A stretch of 64,000 bases of DNA. Origin: Patescibacteria group bacterium (GTDB taxonomy: Bacteria; Patescibacteriota; Minisyncoccia; Phycocordibacterales; EsbW-18). Positions within the stretch are counted from its first letter, which is position 1; each line of letters begins with the position of its first letter. The notes below the pieces were generated by a model. The model had not been told where the DNA came from, made no database searches, and saw nothing but the letters and a program-made list of their open reading frames with translations. Below, in pieces: positions 45,374 to 55,473 of the stretch. Position numbers and translations under genes: made by a program. The stretch lies in assembly GCA_038063815.1 (NCBI GenBank), contig JBBTUJ010000002.1:70511-134510 (forward strand), given 5' to 3'.

Positions 45374-47152
45374 TTACTCAAGTATCGCTTTGATGCGCCG
45401 CACGCCCGCAGATGACGCTTCTTCTTTGACGATTTTAAATATGCCGAGTTCTTTTGTGTTTGTGACGTGAGGACCACCGCAGAACTCCTTGCTTACCGGG
45501 GTTTTTTCGTCACCGACAAAATAGATAGAAACCGTATCCGGATATTTTGCGTTGAACTCCATTTCCGCACCGATTGATTCTGCCTCTGCGCGAGGCATCT
45601 CTTTTCTGACAACGGGGAGTCCTTGTGCGATTGCGTTATTCACAAATTCTCCGATTTTTTGTTTTTCTTCATCTGTCAGTTTTGTTGGATGAGAAAAATC
45701 AAATCGCAAGCGTTCTTCGGTGATATTACTCCCCTTCTGCTTCACGTGTTCTCCGAGAACATGCTTCAGGGCGGCATTCAGAAGGTGCGTTGCCGTATGA
45801 AGGCGAACTGTTTTCTCGGATGTGTCCGCGAGCCCACCTTTGAATTTTTGTTCCGCACCCGAACGGCTTTTTTCCTGGTGTTCTTTGATCTTGTTTTTGA
45901 AGTCCTTTTCGTCAACGGTTTCCCCTTTTTCAAGGGCGAGTTCTTGTGTCATCTCAAAAGGAAATCCATACGTGGTGAAAAGGATAAATGCGTCTCGTTC
46001 CCCTTTCTCAAATTCTTTGAGTCCGCGGGCAAGAGTCGTACGAAACCGCACCTCCTCCTCTTTTTCGACGTCGCTCGTGAACAGAGTTCCGGGCGTAACA
46101 CCTATCTTGTCGGCGTGAAAGATCGCTCGGCGAAGAAGTCGACGCAAAACATATCCTTGTTCAGTATTCGAAGGTCGTACTCCGTCAGCAATAAGCATGT
46201 TTGCCGCCCGTGCGTGGTCAGCAATGATACGGAATGATTTCTGATGCAGCGGATCTTCATATTTCTTGCCTGAAAGTTTTTCGAGGCGGGCAATCGTATC
46301 AATAAATGCATCAATCTTAAAAATATCGGGGTCGTTCTGTGATGCAGAAGCCATTCGCTCTAATCCGCCTCCAAAGTCAACGTTTTTGCTCGGTAAAGGT
46401 TCAAATACCCCTTCCCCGGCTTTCTTATATGTCATGAACACATTGTTTCCAATCTCAAGATAACGCCCGCAGTCGCAGTTAGGGTGACACTCTTTGCCAA
46501 ATTTCGGATCGTGCTCTATTTCAGTGAATTCATAAAACATCTCCGAATCTGGTCCACCCGGTTCACCAATAGGCATTTTGTCTGGCGTACCTGCACGGCT
46601 CCACCAGTTTTTTTTCGAATCGTAATAAAAGATACGTCCGCCTTGCATTCCCACATCGGAACCCGCGGCTTCGCTTCCGATCTCAACAATGTTTGCCTCG
46701 ATGCCCCGTTCCTTGAAAATTGCTTTCCAAAGCTCTGCGGACTCGGTATCTCTTTCTAGGCCATTCTTTGTATCTCCGATAAAAGTAGTGACGTAAAGTT
46801 TTTTGGGGTCAATACCAACTTCATCAAACAAAAACTCAGACATCCATCGCAACTGCTCGCTCCTGAAGTAATCACCAAAACTCCAGTTTCCCAACATCTC
46901 GAAAAACGTCGTGTGTCTGTTGTCTCCCACCTCTTCAATATCTTCGGCACGGAATGATCTTTGCGAATTTACGATCCGTGTTCCCAGGGGATGCTTTTCT
47001 CCCAAAAGATATGGAATCATCGGTTGCATCCCTGAGCCGGTGAAAAGCGTTGTCGGGTCTCCCTCTGGCACGATAGGTGCAGACGGAACAACCGCGTGTC
47101 CGCGCTTTTCAAAGAAATCTAGAAATCGTTTTTTGATCTCAAAAGAATTCAT
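45374..47152 (-). CDS. alaS: alanine--tRNA ligase, truncated form (catalytic plus editing HxxxH/CxxxH, no C-Ala domain)
   Basis: 592 aa. N-terminal FLDFFEKRGHAVVPSAPIVPEGDPTTLFTGSGMQ, and C-terminal HTATHLL...CGGPH editing motifs. Confidence 0.85.
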   Translation of the reverse strand: MNSFEIKKRFLDFFEKRGHAVVPSAPIVPEGDPTTLFTGSGMQPMIPYLLGEKHPLGTRIVNSQRSFRAEDIEEVGDNRHTTFFEMLGNWSFGDYFRSEQLRWMSEFLFDEVGIDPKKLYVTTFIGDTKNGLERDTESAELWKAIFKERGIEANIVEIGSEAAGSDVGMQGGRIFYYDSKKNWWSRAGTPDKMPIGEPGGPDSEMFYEFTEIEHDPKFGKECHPNCDCGRYLEIGNNVFMTYKKAGEGVFEPLPSKNVDFGGGLERMASASQNDPDIFKIDAFIDTIARLEKLSGKKYEDPLHQKSFRIIADHARAANMLIADGVRPSNTEQGYVLRRLLRRAIFHADKIGVTPGTLFTSDVEKEEEVRFRTTLARGLKEFEKGERDAFILFTTYGFPFEMTQELALEKGETVDEKDFKNKIKEHQEKSRSGAEQKFKGGLADTSEKTVRLHTATHLLNAALKHVLGEHVKQKGSNITEERLRFDFSHPTKLTDEEKQKIGEFVNNAIAQGLPVVRKEMPRAEAESIGAEMEFNAKYPDTVSIYFVGDEKTPVSKEFCGGPHVTNTKELGIFKIVKEEASSAGVRRIKAILE

Positions 47153-47871
47153 AACTCATTATATGAAGTAATATTAGCGAGGCATTCTTCTTTGCTTACA
47201 GGTGACTCAGAAGGAGAACCAAAAAAAGATTTACCTGTTAAGTCCCACGACGAATTGATTTGGTTGCAGATTGAAATATCTTTCGTACGCTCTGCAACAA
47301 TATTTAAACATCTCGCTTTATAAACATAGCGCTGGTCATAATTCCAACCCTTATGCCAATCTCTCGCTTCTGTCGATATTTGATTGCAGGTTGAGGTATC
47401 TTGGATATTTTCCTGCCGACTTACTTTATTGTAATAACAAAAAGCCCTGTTTTGACTTCTTTCTCCATCAAATACAAGCCAACAGAGACCATTATTTTGT
47501 ACGTTTGTCGCAAGCATCCAATAGACAAACAGAAGCAGGGCGAGAGGCGCTACAATATTAAGGAATTTATCCCCAGGTCTTTGTCGAGATTCAAGCGCGC
47601 GACAGAGTAATGCAAAAAAACAAGGAATGAGAATGAATAAAATAATTCCTCCGAGGAGAGTGGGGAAATTTCCCATCCCATAGTTCACTAAATTAAGGCC
47701 AAAAACTGCTTTAAAAAAAAGGAGGGGCTCACTGATTGTGTGTGCAAACATTAGTCCGACAAATGGAATAACCATTACTATCGCGAGAAAGATATTGATC
47801 ATCAAACCAATCACCGCTCCTCGTATCCAAGGGGACTGAATGGTACCTATTTTCTTAAAGAAAGAATCCAT
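47149..47871 (-). CDS. hypothetical polytopic membrane protein with Cys-rich C-terminal domain
   Basis: 240 aa with four predicted TM helices. Overlaps the alaS start by 4 nt. Confidence 0.4.
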   Translation of the reverse strand: MDSFFKKIGTIQSPWIRGAVIGLMINIFLAIVMVIPFVGLMFAHTISEPLLFFKAVFGLNLVNYGMGNFPTLLGGIILFILIPCFFALLCRALESRQRPGDKFLNIVAPLALLLFVYWMLATNVQNNGLCWLVFDGERSQNRAFCYYNKVSRQENIQDTSTCNQISTEARDWHKGWNYDQRYVYKARCLNIVAERTKDISICNQINSSWDLTGKSFFGSPSESPVSKEECLANITSYNEL

Positions 47872-47896
47872 ATTAGAAACTATAGTGTATCAGCGT

Positions 47897-49678
47897 TTAC
47901 TTCTTTTTCGTGAGGCGTTCCAATCGCTTCACGTCTTCCTCAATATTTTTGAGACCCTCAATAAAAAAGGAAGGTTTTTCTACATCAACACCAATATCTT
48001 TGAAAATGTCTTTTGGTGTCTTGCTCTCACCGGCACGCAAGAACATGTCTATCTTTTTAAGATACGTGGGGTCTTTTTTTAGGCGCGCAAGAAGGGCTCG
48101 GCTCACCAATTCGCCGTACGCATACGTATAGACGTAAAACTGATACCGAAGGTGGGGCCAATACACGAAGAAATTCCCGTCTGCCTTTTTCATTCCTACA
48201 CTCTTTCCTAAATATTCCTGCATGTGCTTATTGTGCATTCCCCCCATCTCTTCCTTTGTGAGTGTTCCGCGTTCACGAACAGCGGTGTGCATCGCAAGCT
48301 CATACTCAAATGTCGCGATTTGTCGGAAAATGGTCGCCATGGCATCGTTCAGCCGATCATGAAGTGCAATTACCTGTTCACTGGGCGAAAGGGTCTTCCA
48401 GATTCTCTCAAAAGTGATGTTCTCAAAAAGAGTACTTGCCACCTCTGCGACCGCAGTGGAATGACCTCGATACAGTGGAGATTGTGTTTTTGAAAGCTCG
48501 GCATGTAGCGCGTGACCCATTTCGTGCGCGAGTGTCATGAGTGAATGCGTGCTGTCAATATGATTCAGAAAAACAAGGGTAGGAGATGCGATACCACTCG
48601 AACAATACGCACCGCCCCGCTTTCCTGTTTTTGGATACACATCGAGCTTTCCTTGAGCCAAAAACGAGTCGAATATTTTACCGTACGAAGGTTGAAGGTC
48701 GTAGAGCACATCACGAAAGATGTTCACGGTGTCTTTAAAAGACATTTTGCGCTTGAGAGAACCGATCTTTGCTGCTTGGTCGGCGTAGGTAAGCTGCTTG
48801 AGTCCAAGGATTTTTCTTTTTACTTCATAAAAACGGTGTGCAATCGCGTATCGTTTGCGTACCGCTTCAACCAGCCGTTCGATTTCTTTTTCTCCGTTTT
48901 GGTAGGAAAGAACTGTTGCGCTGTATGGTTTTTTATATCCGCGCAACGTGTCGGATATCTTCTTCGTCGTGTAAATTGCATTCAACTCGCTCTCTGCAAA
49001 CTCGGCCTTTGTTCCCAACGCCGCCATACATTGTATGTGGGTACGCTGTCGCTTCTTGAGCGGAAGTTCCGAGATACTGCCGAGTGCTTTTGCAAGAGGA
49101 ATCTCTTTACCTTTTTCAGTAATCGTTAGACTCGAAACCGCACGACTGACACCGTCTTTCCACATGCTTTTTGCCGGCATAACGAGAAGGTTCATCATTT
49201 GCTCTTCCTTTTCGCTCAGGTTGTGTTTTGCCCGTACAAATACCTGTTCCAAATAGTAACGATACGGCGCAAGAATAGGATTTTTGAGGAGTTTCTTTTG
49301 AAGTGTTGGTGGAATCGTTCCTAGGGCAAGTGGGAAAAAGAGTACGCGGTTTTCCTCGGACTGCATTTCAAGCAACAACTTCGTGTTGAGGGCCTTTACC
49401 TTTTTGTTGGACCCATCGAGATCAGAAAGATAATGGAGGTACTGAAGCGGTTTTAGTCCATCAGTTTTTTCTGCAAGATGCTCCCAATCAATGAGTGCCT
49501 TATGTAATGCTCGTGCGTTATGCAGATATTCGGTCTTTTTCTTATATTTATTTTCGAATGTTTGGAGAGTTTTTTTCGCTGCCGCAATATCACGAAAAAT
49601 GCGGGAATCACCTATGGACTTATAAAAGAGCCGCGACAAGTCCCATTCCGTTTTTATTTTAGGCGTCTTCGGTTTCAT
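47897..49678 (-). CDS. pepF: oligoendopeptidase F (M3 family)
   Basis: 593 aa. HEMGHALH zinc motif (HExxH) in an M3B context. Confidence 0.8.
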   Translation of the reverse strand: MKPKTPKIKTEWDLSRLFYKSIGDSRIFRDIAAAKKTLQTFENKYKKKTEYLHNARALHKALIDWEHLAEKTDGLKPLQYLHYLSDLDGSNKKVKALNTKLLLEMQSEENRVLFFPLALGTIPPTLQKKLLKNPILAPYRYYLEQVFVRAKHNLSEKEEQMMNLLVMPAKSMWKDGVSRAVSSLTITEKGKEIPLAKALGSISELPLKKRQRTHIQCMAALGTKAEFAESELNAIYTTKKISDTLRGYKKPYSATVLSYQNGEKEIERLVEAVRKRYAIAHRFYEVKRKILGLKQLTYADQAAKIGSLKRKMSFKDTVNIFRDVLYDLQPSYGKIFDSFLAQGKLDVYPKTGKRGGAYCSSGIASPTLVFLNHIDSTHSLMTLAHEMGHALHAELSKTQSPLYRGHSTAVAEVASTLFENITFERIWKTLSPSEQVIALHDRLNDAMATIFRQIATFEYELAMHTAVRERGTLTKEEMGGMHNKHMQEYLGKSVGMKKADGNFFVYWPHLRYQFYVYTYAYGELVSRALLARLKKDPTYLKKIDMFLRAGESKTPKDIFKDIGVDVEKPSFFIEGLKNIEEDVKRLERLTKKK

Positions 49679-49681
49679 ATA

Positions 49682-50908
49682 CTAGAGTGTAAACATTCCA
49701 TTCCTATAAATCACCTTTTCTTTTCCATTTGCAAGAGTTGCGGTGACTGTTCGTGGTGCAGTTGAAATAATGTCTGTATGTACCGATGATTCATTGAATC
49801 CAAGAGTGTCCCATTCTTTTGGTGTCGTCTTTTTTGCATCTCCCGTATAGGATTCTTTGTATGCGCTTCCAAGAGCAATGTGCGTGTTCCCGTTTTTTCC
49901 TCCCATGTTTTCGTCAAAAAGCGTATGCGCCATGAATTTTGTAATTCGAGAAAAGCGCTTGTCCGTCAATGAAAATTCCCCGACCTTGTCGCCGTTTGTA
50001 GCAGCTATCATTTTCTGGAGCAGTGTATGATTTGTTTTTGCTTTGCTTTTGACAACAACTCCATTTTTAAACCACAATTCCACCCCTGCTATTTTGTTGC
50101 CCAAATAGTAAAGCGGCTGATTAAATTTCATCCACCCCTCTGTTCCTCTCCAGTCAGGGCTCACAAAGATCTCAAAAGTCGGGATATTGCTCCCGCCACC
50201 CCCGAGCCACTTTCTTTTTTTACCAAGCAGGATTGTTAAATCGGTATCAGGGCCTTTGATGTGCACACTTTTGATTTTGAGTGCGGTAAGTTTGTTGCGA
50301 TATTTTTCTAACTTTTTGAAGATATTCTTCCACTGTGAGATTGGATTAGGTGTATCCAAAAAACATGCCCGTATGATTTGTTCCCAGTATGCCTTTAGGC
50401 TCAAGCCCGCTTCCCGTGCTTGTTCCTCCGTTCCGTAGAGAGCAAGTGACCATGTTAGGGTACCTTTCTCTTCTTTTTTTCGGTATAAGCTTCTGAGGGT
50501 GGTAAGTACTTGCGTGTGTGTACTGATTTTATCTGCAGGAGCACCTTTCAACCCGTTCGGATCTTCACTCAAGACGGTTAGTACGTGGTCTGTATCCTCG
50601 ACCGTGCCCTTAAAATGGTGTCGGGGAAAATATTCTAACTGGTGCTTTTGAGCCAGAAGATAAAAATCTTTTGAAAATGTATATCGCGCTTCATCTTCGG
50701 GAATGTATCGAAGAATAATGTTCCCGCCAGCACGGGTTATTGTTTTACGCAATTCGATGAGAAGCGGACGCGCAGATTCTGAGATGATAAGAAGAACCGT
50801 CTCTCCGCGACGGATTCCTTTTCCTCCGTTGAGCCCGAAATTCACCAATACATCGGCATAGCGTTCGAGGATCTTTTGCGGAGGATGATACGGGGTCTTG
50901 GATTTCAT
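49682..50908 (-). CDS. aminopeptidase, M29 family (AmpS/aminopeptidase T-like)
   Basis: 408 aa. N-terminus YADVLVNFGLNGGKGIRRGETVLLI resembles M29 family N-termini. Confidence 0.65.
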   Translation of the reverse strand: MKSKTPYHPPQKILERYADVLVNFGLNGGKGIRRGETVLLIISESARPLLIELRKTITRAGGNIILRYIPEDEARYTFSKDFYLLAQKHQLEYFPRHHFKGTVEDTDHVLTVLSEDPNGLKGAPADKISTHTQVLTTLRSLYRKKEEKGTLTWSLALYGTEEQAREAGLSLKAYWEQIIRACFLDTPNPISQWKNIFKKLEKYRNKLTALKIKSVHIKGPDTDLTILLGKKRKWLGGGGSNIPTFEIFVSPDWRGTEGWMKFNQPLYYLGNKIAGVELWFKNGVVVKSKAKTNHTLLQKMIAATNGDKVGEFSLTDKRFSRITKFMAHTLFDENMGGKNGNTHIALGSAYKESYTGDAKKTTPKEWDTLGFNESSVHTDIISTAPRTVTATLANGKEKVIYRNGMFTL

Positions 50909-52185
50909 ATACGTGCGATTTTTTTCAATTGTTTTGTAGCATCACGAGGTCCGATATATGCGATATTGAGTTTTTTGTTCGCAAACACGTCTCGAGCAAT
51001 CGCTTGCACCATCTTCGGAGTCACTTTTTTGATCTCTACAATGATTTCTTCGGGGGTCTTCAGCGGCTGGTGGAGGATCTCGTCAGAATACCAAGTCGCC
51101 ATATCATCAGATGATTCAAGTCCCATAACGATACGCCCAATGAGGATCTCTTTTGCTTTCGCAAGTTCTTCTGGAGAAACAAGGTTCTTTCGGATTGTTC
51201 GTATCTCACCCATAATTGCCTCGATGACTTCCGAAAGCCGTTTTGTGTCGACGCCCGAGGAAATCTTAAACACTCCGGTATCGGTCATACTCTCGCTTCC
51301 CGCGCGAACGTAGTAGCACACTCCCATTTCTTCACGAAGAAGATGGAACAAACGCGAACTCATTCCCTGTCCTAAAACGCTTGCAAGTACTCGTGTCGAG
51401 GCCTCCCGCTCGTCGCCCAACTTGTACCCCCGAAACCCGACAATAAAGTGGGTTTGGTCCGTTTTTTTGTGTTTATGTATAATCTTCGGTCTTTTTTGCG
51501 CTTCTTTTGTATGTGGACGTTGTGCACGAGATCCTTTTGAAACAGAGGTGAAAGCGGCAGTAACTTTTTTAAATATATCTTTTTGAGAGATACCACCGGC
51601 AACAATAACCGCCGTTTTGGCTCCCGTATAGTGCGTATTTCGATACGTCACAAAATCCGCACGGCTGAATCGAAGGATATTTTCTTTTGGTCCCCCGATG
51701 GAACGTCCCGCTGCCTGATTACCGTAAAGCACTTCATCCAAGAGTTCATGGACCCTTCGTTGTGGCAAATCCTCGTACATATTTATCTCTTGGATAATGA
51801 CGCCACGTTCTTTTTCAAGTTCTTTTTCGGGAAGGAGGGGGTCTTGATAGAGGTCGGCAACAATAGCGAGAACATGATCGAAGTGTTTTGTTCGGGCTTT
51901 TGCCCAATATCCTGTTTGTTCTTCACCGGTGAAGGCGTTGTTTTCTGCGCCGAGTGCGTCGAACTCATGAGATATTATTTTTGATGACGGTCGTTTGTGC
52001 GTTCCTTTGAAGCACATATGCTCAAGAAAGTGGGAGATACCGTTCTCTTTTTTATTCTCATATCGAGATCCTGCCTCAACAAGGACCATGACCGTTACTG
52101 TCGGATTCCCTAACATGGGAACCGCAACGACACGAATACCGTTTTTGAGGACTTTTCGGATTGGTTTTGGAAAACGTGTTTTCAT
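50905..52185 (-). CDS. M16 family zinc peptidase (pitrilysin/insulinase-like)
   Basis: 426 aa. Inverted zinc motif HFLEHMCFKG (HxxEH). Confidence 0.8.
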   Translation of the reverse strand: MKTRFPKPIRKVLKNGIRVVAVPMLGNPTVTVMVLVEAGSRYENKKENGISHFLEHMCFKGTHKRPSSKIISHEFDALGAENNAFTGEEQTGYWAKARTKHFDHVLAIVADLYQDPLLPEKELEKERGVIIQEINMYEDLPQRRVHELLDEVLYGNQAAGRSIGGPKENILRFSRADFVTYRNTHYTGAKTAVIVAGGISQKDIFKKVTAAFTSVSKGSRAQRPHTKEAQKRPKIIHKHKKTDQTHFIVGFRGYKLGDEREASTRVLASVLGQGMSSRLFHLLREEMGVCYYVRAGSESMTDTGVFKISSGVDTKRLSEVIEAIMGEIRTIRKNLVSPEELAKAKEILIGRIVMGLESSDDMATWYSDEILHQPLKTPEEIIVEIKKVTPKMVQAIARDVFANKKLNIAYIGPRDATKQLKKIARI

Positions 52186-52790
52186 GATGCAAGAACTTGT
52201 TCGATTACTTTAAAGTCGGCTTCAAGCGCTGGGAACATCGAATTGTTATAGAGTGCCGTCGCAGGGTGGTAGACCGGAATGATCGTTACTTCTCCATATG
52301 AGGTCGTGGCAGTATATATTTTTCCATGTGCTTTTCCAATGGGTTCGAGCAGTGCGGAGAGATTAAATCGATTGAGAATGTATGCCATTGAAAAACGTCC
52401 GAGTGTCGCGAGTACCTTTGGTTGTATGATTTCGATTTGTCGGTCAAGGAACGGTCCGTACGCTTCGATTTCTTCAGGAAGAGGGTCCCTGTTCTCGGGC
52501 GGGCGATCCTTAACGATGTTGGTGACATACACATCCTCTCGTTTGAGATTGATTGAAGTAAGGAGTTTATCAAGAACCTTTCCTGCGGCGCCACAAAACG
52601 GTCTCCCCTTCTCTGCCTCGTTTTTTCCTGGCGCTTCTCCGATGAACATCACTTTTGCATCATGACTTCCCTCTCCAAGAACAGAAAAGTAGTTATTTGC
52701 TTTTCGGTATGCATACAAGGGCGAAGTGGTGAGATTTACCACGGCATCACGAACCTCGCGCAATTGGTCAGTTTTTGTTGTTTCAGTCAT
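52182..52790 (-). CDS. uracil-DNA glycosylase, family 4
   Basis: Motifs GEAPGKNEAEKGRPFCGAAGKVL and HPA. The start is moved to MTETTK to avoid a 74-nt overlap with pcm. Confidence 0.8.
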   Translation of the reverse strand: MTETTKTDQLREVRDAVVNLTTSPLYAYRKANNYFSVLGEGSHDAKVMFIGEAPGKNEAEKGRPFCGAAGKVLDKLLTSINLKREDVYVTNIVKDRPPENRDPLPEEIEAYGPFLDRQIEIIQPKVLATLGRFSMAYILNRFNLSALLEPIGKAHGKIYTATTSYGEVTIIPVYHPATALYNNSMFPALEADFKVIEQVLAS

Positions 52791-53412
52791 TATCGTTTGA
52801 TACGAGAGGTACGAATGAAAACCCAGGAAATTCTTTCGTGCCGATTCTTCCTTCAAGATCCTTATGAAGTACGAGGATACTTTCTTGGACCGGTATCACA
52901 AGCGTCCCACCAGCCGAGAGTTGCTTCACTAACTCGTCTGGAATCTCTTCCGCAGCAGCAGATACAAGAATCTTATCAAATGGTGCATGTTCGGGTAATC
53001 CGAGTGTGTCTTCTGCTTGAAATATCTCTGCGTTCTCTTTTCTATATTTTGCGAGGTTCTCACGTCCGTATTCAACGAGTAGGAGCTCTCGCTCGACTCC
53101 GAATACTTCTCCATTTTCTCCGACCATCTCTGAGAGAAGTGCCGTTGTCCATCCTGAGCCCGACCCCACATCGAGCACCTTATCGCCCTCTTTCACAGCA
53201 AGCTTCTCGAGCATGAATGCCACCGTTGTCGGTTGAGAAATAGTTTGTCCGGCAGCGATTGGAAGTGGGTAGTCCTCGTATGCTTCGCTTTCATAGTCAG
53301 CCGGGACAAAGTCCTTTCTGTCCACCTCCCGAAACGCTCTTTCTATAAGAGGGTCTTGTACCACACCAACATTTCTTTTGAGATGTTCTAACAACTCTTC
53401 TTTTGTATTCAT
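52783..53412 (-). CDS. pcm: protein-L-isoaspartate O-methyltransferase
   Basis: VLDVGSGSGWTTALL (motif I) and GGTLVIPV. Start placed at MNTKEELLEHL. Confidence 0.8.
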   Translation of the reverse strand: MNTKEELLEHLKRNVGVVQDPLIERAFREVDRKDFVPADYESEAYEDYPLPIAAGQTISQPTTVAFMLEKLAVKEGDKVLDVGSGSGWTTALLSEMVGENGEVFGVERELLLVEYGRENLAKYRKENAEIFQAEDTLGLPEHAPFDKILVSAAAEEIPDELVKQLSAGGTLVIPVQESILVLHKDLEGRIGTKEFPGFSFVPLVSNDND

Positions 53413-53413
53413 A

Positions 53414-54088
53414 TTATTTTGCTTTTGGCCATTTTGTTGCAGCCCTAGGATATATCTTTGAGATAGGGTGATTCGTACAGTCATGTGGTCGTGCGGTACA
53501 GATCTGACGTCCGTATTCAATTAAACGATACGTGAACGGAAACCATTCTTCTTTGGGAAGGAGTTCCATAAGATCTTTTTCTATCTTTACGGGATCTGTG
53601 TGTGTCGTGAGATCGAATTTCTGTGCAAATCGTTTGACGTGGGTATCAACGGCAATTCCTTCGACAATCCCGTATGCATTTCCGAGGACCACGTTTGCTG
53701 TTTTTCGAGCAACTCCAGGAATGGTTAAGATTTCTTTCATGGTTCGCGGAATCTTTCCACCGAATTCTTCTTTGATTTTCTTTGCTGCCCCGAGAACGTT
53801 TTTTGCTTTGTTATTGAAGAAACCTGTCTGACGAATGTCTTGTGCAAATTCCTTGATATCTGCATTCACGTAATCGTCAAGCGTTCTGTATTTCTTAAAG
53901 AGCGTTTTGGTGACCCGATTCACCATCGTGTCGGTACACTGCGCGGAGAGGATGACTGACACCAAAAGTTCCCACGAGTTTTTATACTTGAGCGCGATCG
54001 AAGCATCAGGAAAAAGACGTTTCAAGACGCTCTGTATTTTTTGTGCTCGTTTCTTTCGCTCAGGAAGTGTTACATCTTTTCCTTTCAT
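53414..54088 (-). CDS. nth: endonuclease III
   Basis: 224 aa. HhH-GPD (LTIPGVARKTANVVL), catalytic Lys/Asp and a C-terminal 4Fe-4S Cys cluster. Confidence 0.9.
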   Translation of the reverse strand: MKGKDVTLPERKKRAQKIQSVLKRLFPDASIALKYKNSWELLVSVILSAQCTDTMVNRVTKTLFKKYRTLDDYVNADIKEFAQDIRQTGFFNNKAKNVLGAAKKIKEEFGGKIPRTMKEILTIPGVARKTANVVLGNAYGIVEGIAVDTHVKRFAQKFDLTTHTDPVKIEKDLMELLPKEEWFPFTYRLIEYGRQICTARPHDCTNHPISKIYPRAATKWPKAK

Positions 54089-54094
54089 TTTTTA

Positions 54095-54811
54095 CTACTC
54101 ACTCCGCATGCATTCTTCAAATGCCTCCGCCTCTTCCACATACAGGGTCGCTCGTTTGTTTATTTCTTCGACAAAAAGAGAAACGAGGGTCGAAAGCGTT
54201 TTGAGAAGCGGTTGGATAGCAGACGCGGTCGGATGACGGCTCGCGCGCTTGTAGAGAGACAGTGCTTCTTCTGCACGTTTTGCATACACCGTATCTGAAG
54301 TGAGCCTTCTCCCTATTGTGTCGGATGGTTTCGTGCAAATTTTCTGAGGATGTCCGAATACTTGTACGACCATCCATACATATTCTCCGGCAAATATCCC
54401 ATCGCCAACGGCGACACCGATGTCGCTGAATTTTGAGTTAAGAATGTTTGCTCGATGCCCACCACTCTCCATCCACGCATCAACAACTGCTTGGTCACTC
54501 TCATAGATTCCCCTTGCTAGATTTTCGCCAATAATGCCATACGCGTATCCGTCTTTTTTTGCATGGGCTCCAATCTTCGTACCCTCTGGTGTTATATGGT
54601 CGAAATATTGTCGCGCGAACATGTCCGCAAGTTTTTCTTCGGCAACTTGGGTTAGGGTCAGATCGACTTTGAGCGCCGAAACGTCTTCCCTTTCTCTCTC
54701 CTCATTTGATATCTCTATGATTGCGTCTTCAGAGAGTCCTACCGCAAAAGCACTTCCGGCGAAAGAAGCAAAAACACAGAGAGCTAGTGCTATTTTAAAG
54801 AAAGTGTTCAT
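54095..54811 (-). CDS. CAP/SCP/PR1-like secreted protein (YkwD-like)
   Basis: 238 aa. Signal peptide, CAP domain (HITPEG...GENLARGIYESDQAVVDAWMESGGHRANIL). Confidence 0.7.
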   Translation of the reverse strand: MNTFFKIALALCVFASFAGSAFAVGLSEDAIIEISNEEREREDVSALKVDLTLTQVAEEKLADMFARQYFDHITPEGTKIGAHAKKDGYAYGIIGENLARGIYESDQAVVDAWMESGGHRANILNSKFSDIGVAVGDGIFAGEYVWMVVQVFGHPQKICTKPSDTIGRRLTSDTVYAKRAEEALSLYKRASRHPTASAIQPLLKTLSTLVSLFVEEINKRATLYVEEAEAFEECMRSE

Positions 54812-55464
54812 ATGACGGGAGTTGTAAGTGCAACGTGCTCGAGAATCATCTTTAACGATACAGCGGGGTCGGTTGTGTACTTTGTGATTTTCTGCAGAGA
54901 TTCGAGTAAAGGACGGTTGCTCGAGAGATTCTCTCTTTTTTCATGTAAAAGCGCAATGAGGCCAGAGAGAAGCGTATATGCTCCATGCGTATTCTTCTCT
55001 TTTACTAATGGTTCAATCAAGGAGAGGCGTTTTTCGAGGGATGCATGAAGAAATGTTCCCGCGTCGACAGAACTTTCCGAGAGCGTTTCAAATGAAAACG
55101 TATCAGAGAGGCGCGACTGGAGTGTTGGCAAGAGAGTGCTGGCGTGAGGAGTTATGAGAAAGATGTGCGTACGTTCTGTGGGCTCCTCGAGAACTTTGAG
55201 GAGTGCGTTCTGTGCCTCTCGCGTCATCGTATTGAAAGAGACAAAAATGAGTTGTTCGGTGTCGGGGAGCGTTTTTCGCGTCTGATATTCAGACATTTGT
55301 CGCGCCTCATCGATACCAAACACTTCTGCGGCTTCTTCCCAGGTGTCTGGGTGGTTCTCAACGTCAATCCCGTACTCCTTTTTTAAGCACCCTTTAAGAA
55401 GTGGAAGCACCGTCTTCCCTTCCCCTCGTACCAAAAATGCGTGATGTGATAATCGCATGATCAC
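54808..55464 (-). CDS. holB: DNA polymerase III delta' subunit (short form)
   Basis: 218 aa. SHAFLVRG, AQNALLKVLEEP and LPTLQSR motifs. Confidence 0.7.
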   Translation of the reverse strand: MIMRLSHHAFLVRGEGKTVLPLLKGCLKKEYGIDVENHPDTWEEAAEVFGIDEARQMSEYQTRKTLPDTEQLIFVSFNTMTREAQNALLKVLEEPTERTHIFLITPHASTLLPTLQSRLSDTFSFETLSESSVDAGTFLHASLEKRLSLIEPLVKEKNTHGAYTLLSGLIALLHEKRENLSSNRPLLESLQKITKYTTDPAVSLKMILEHVALTTPVI

Positions 55465-55473
55465 AAAAATAAA

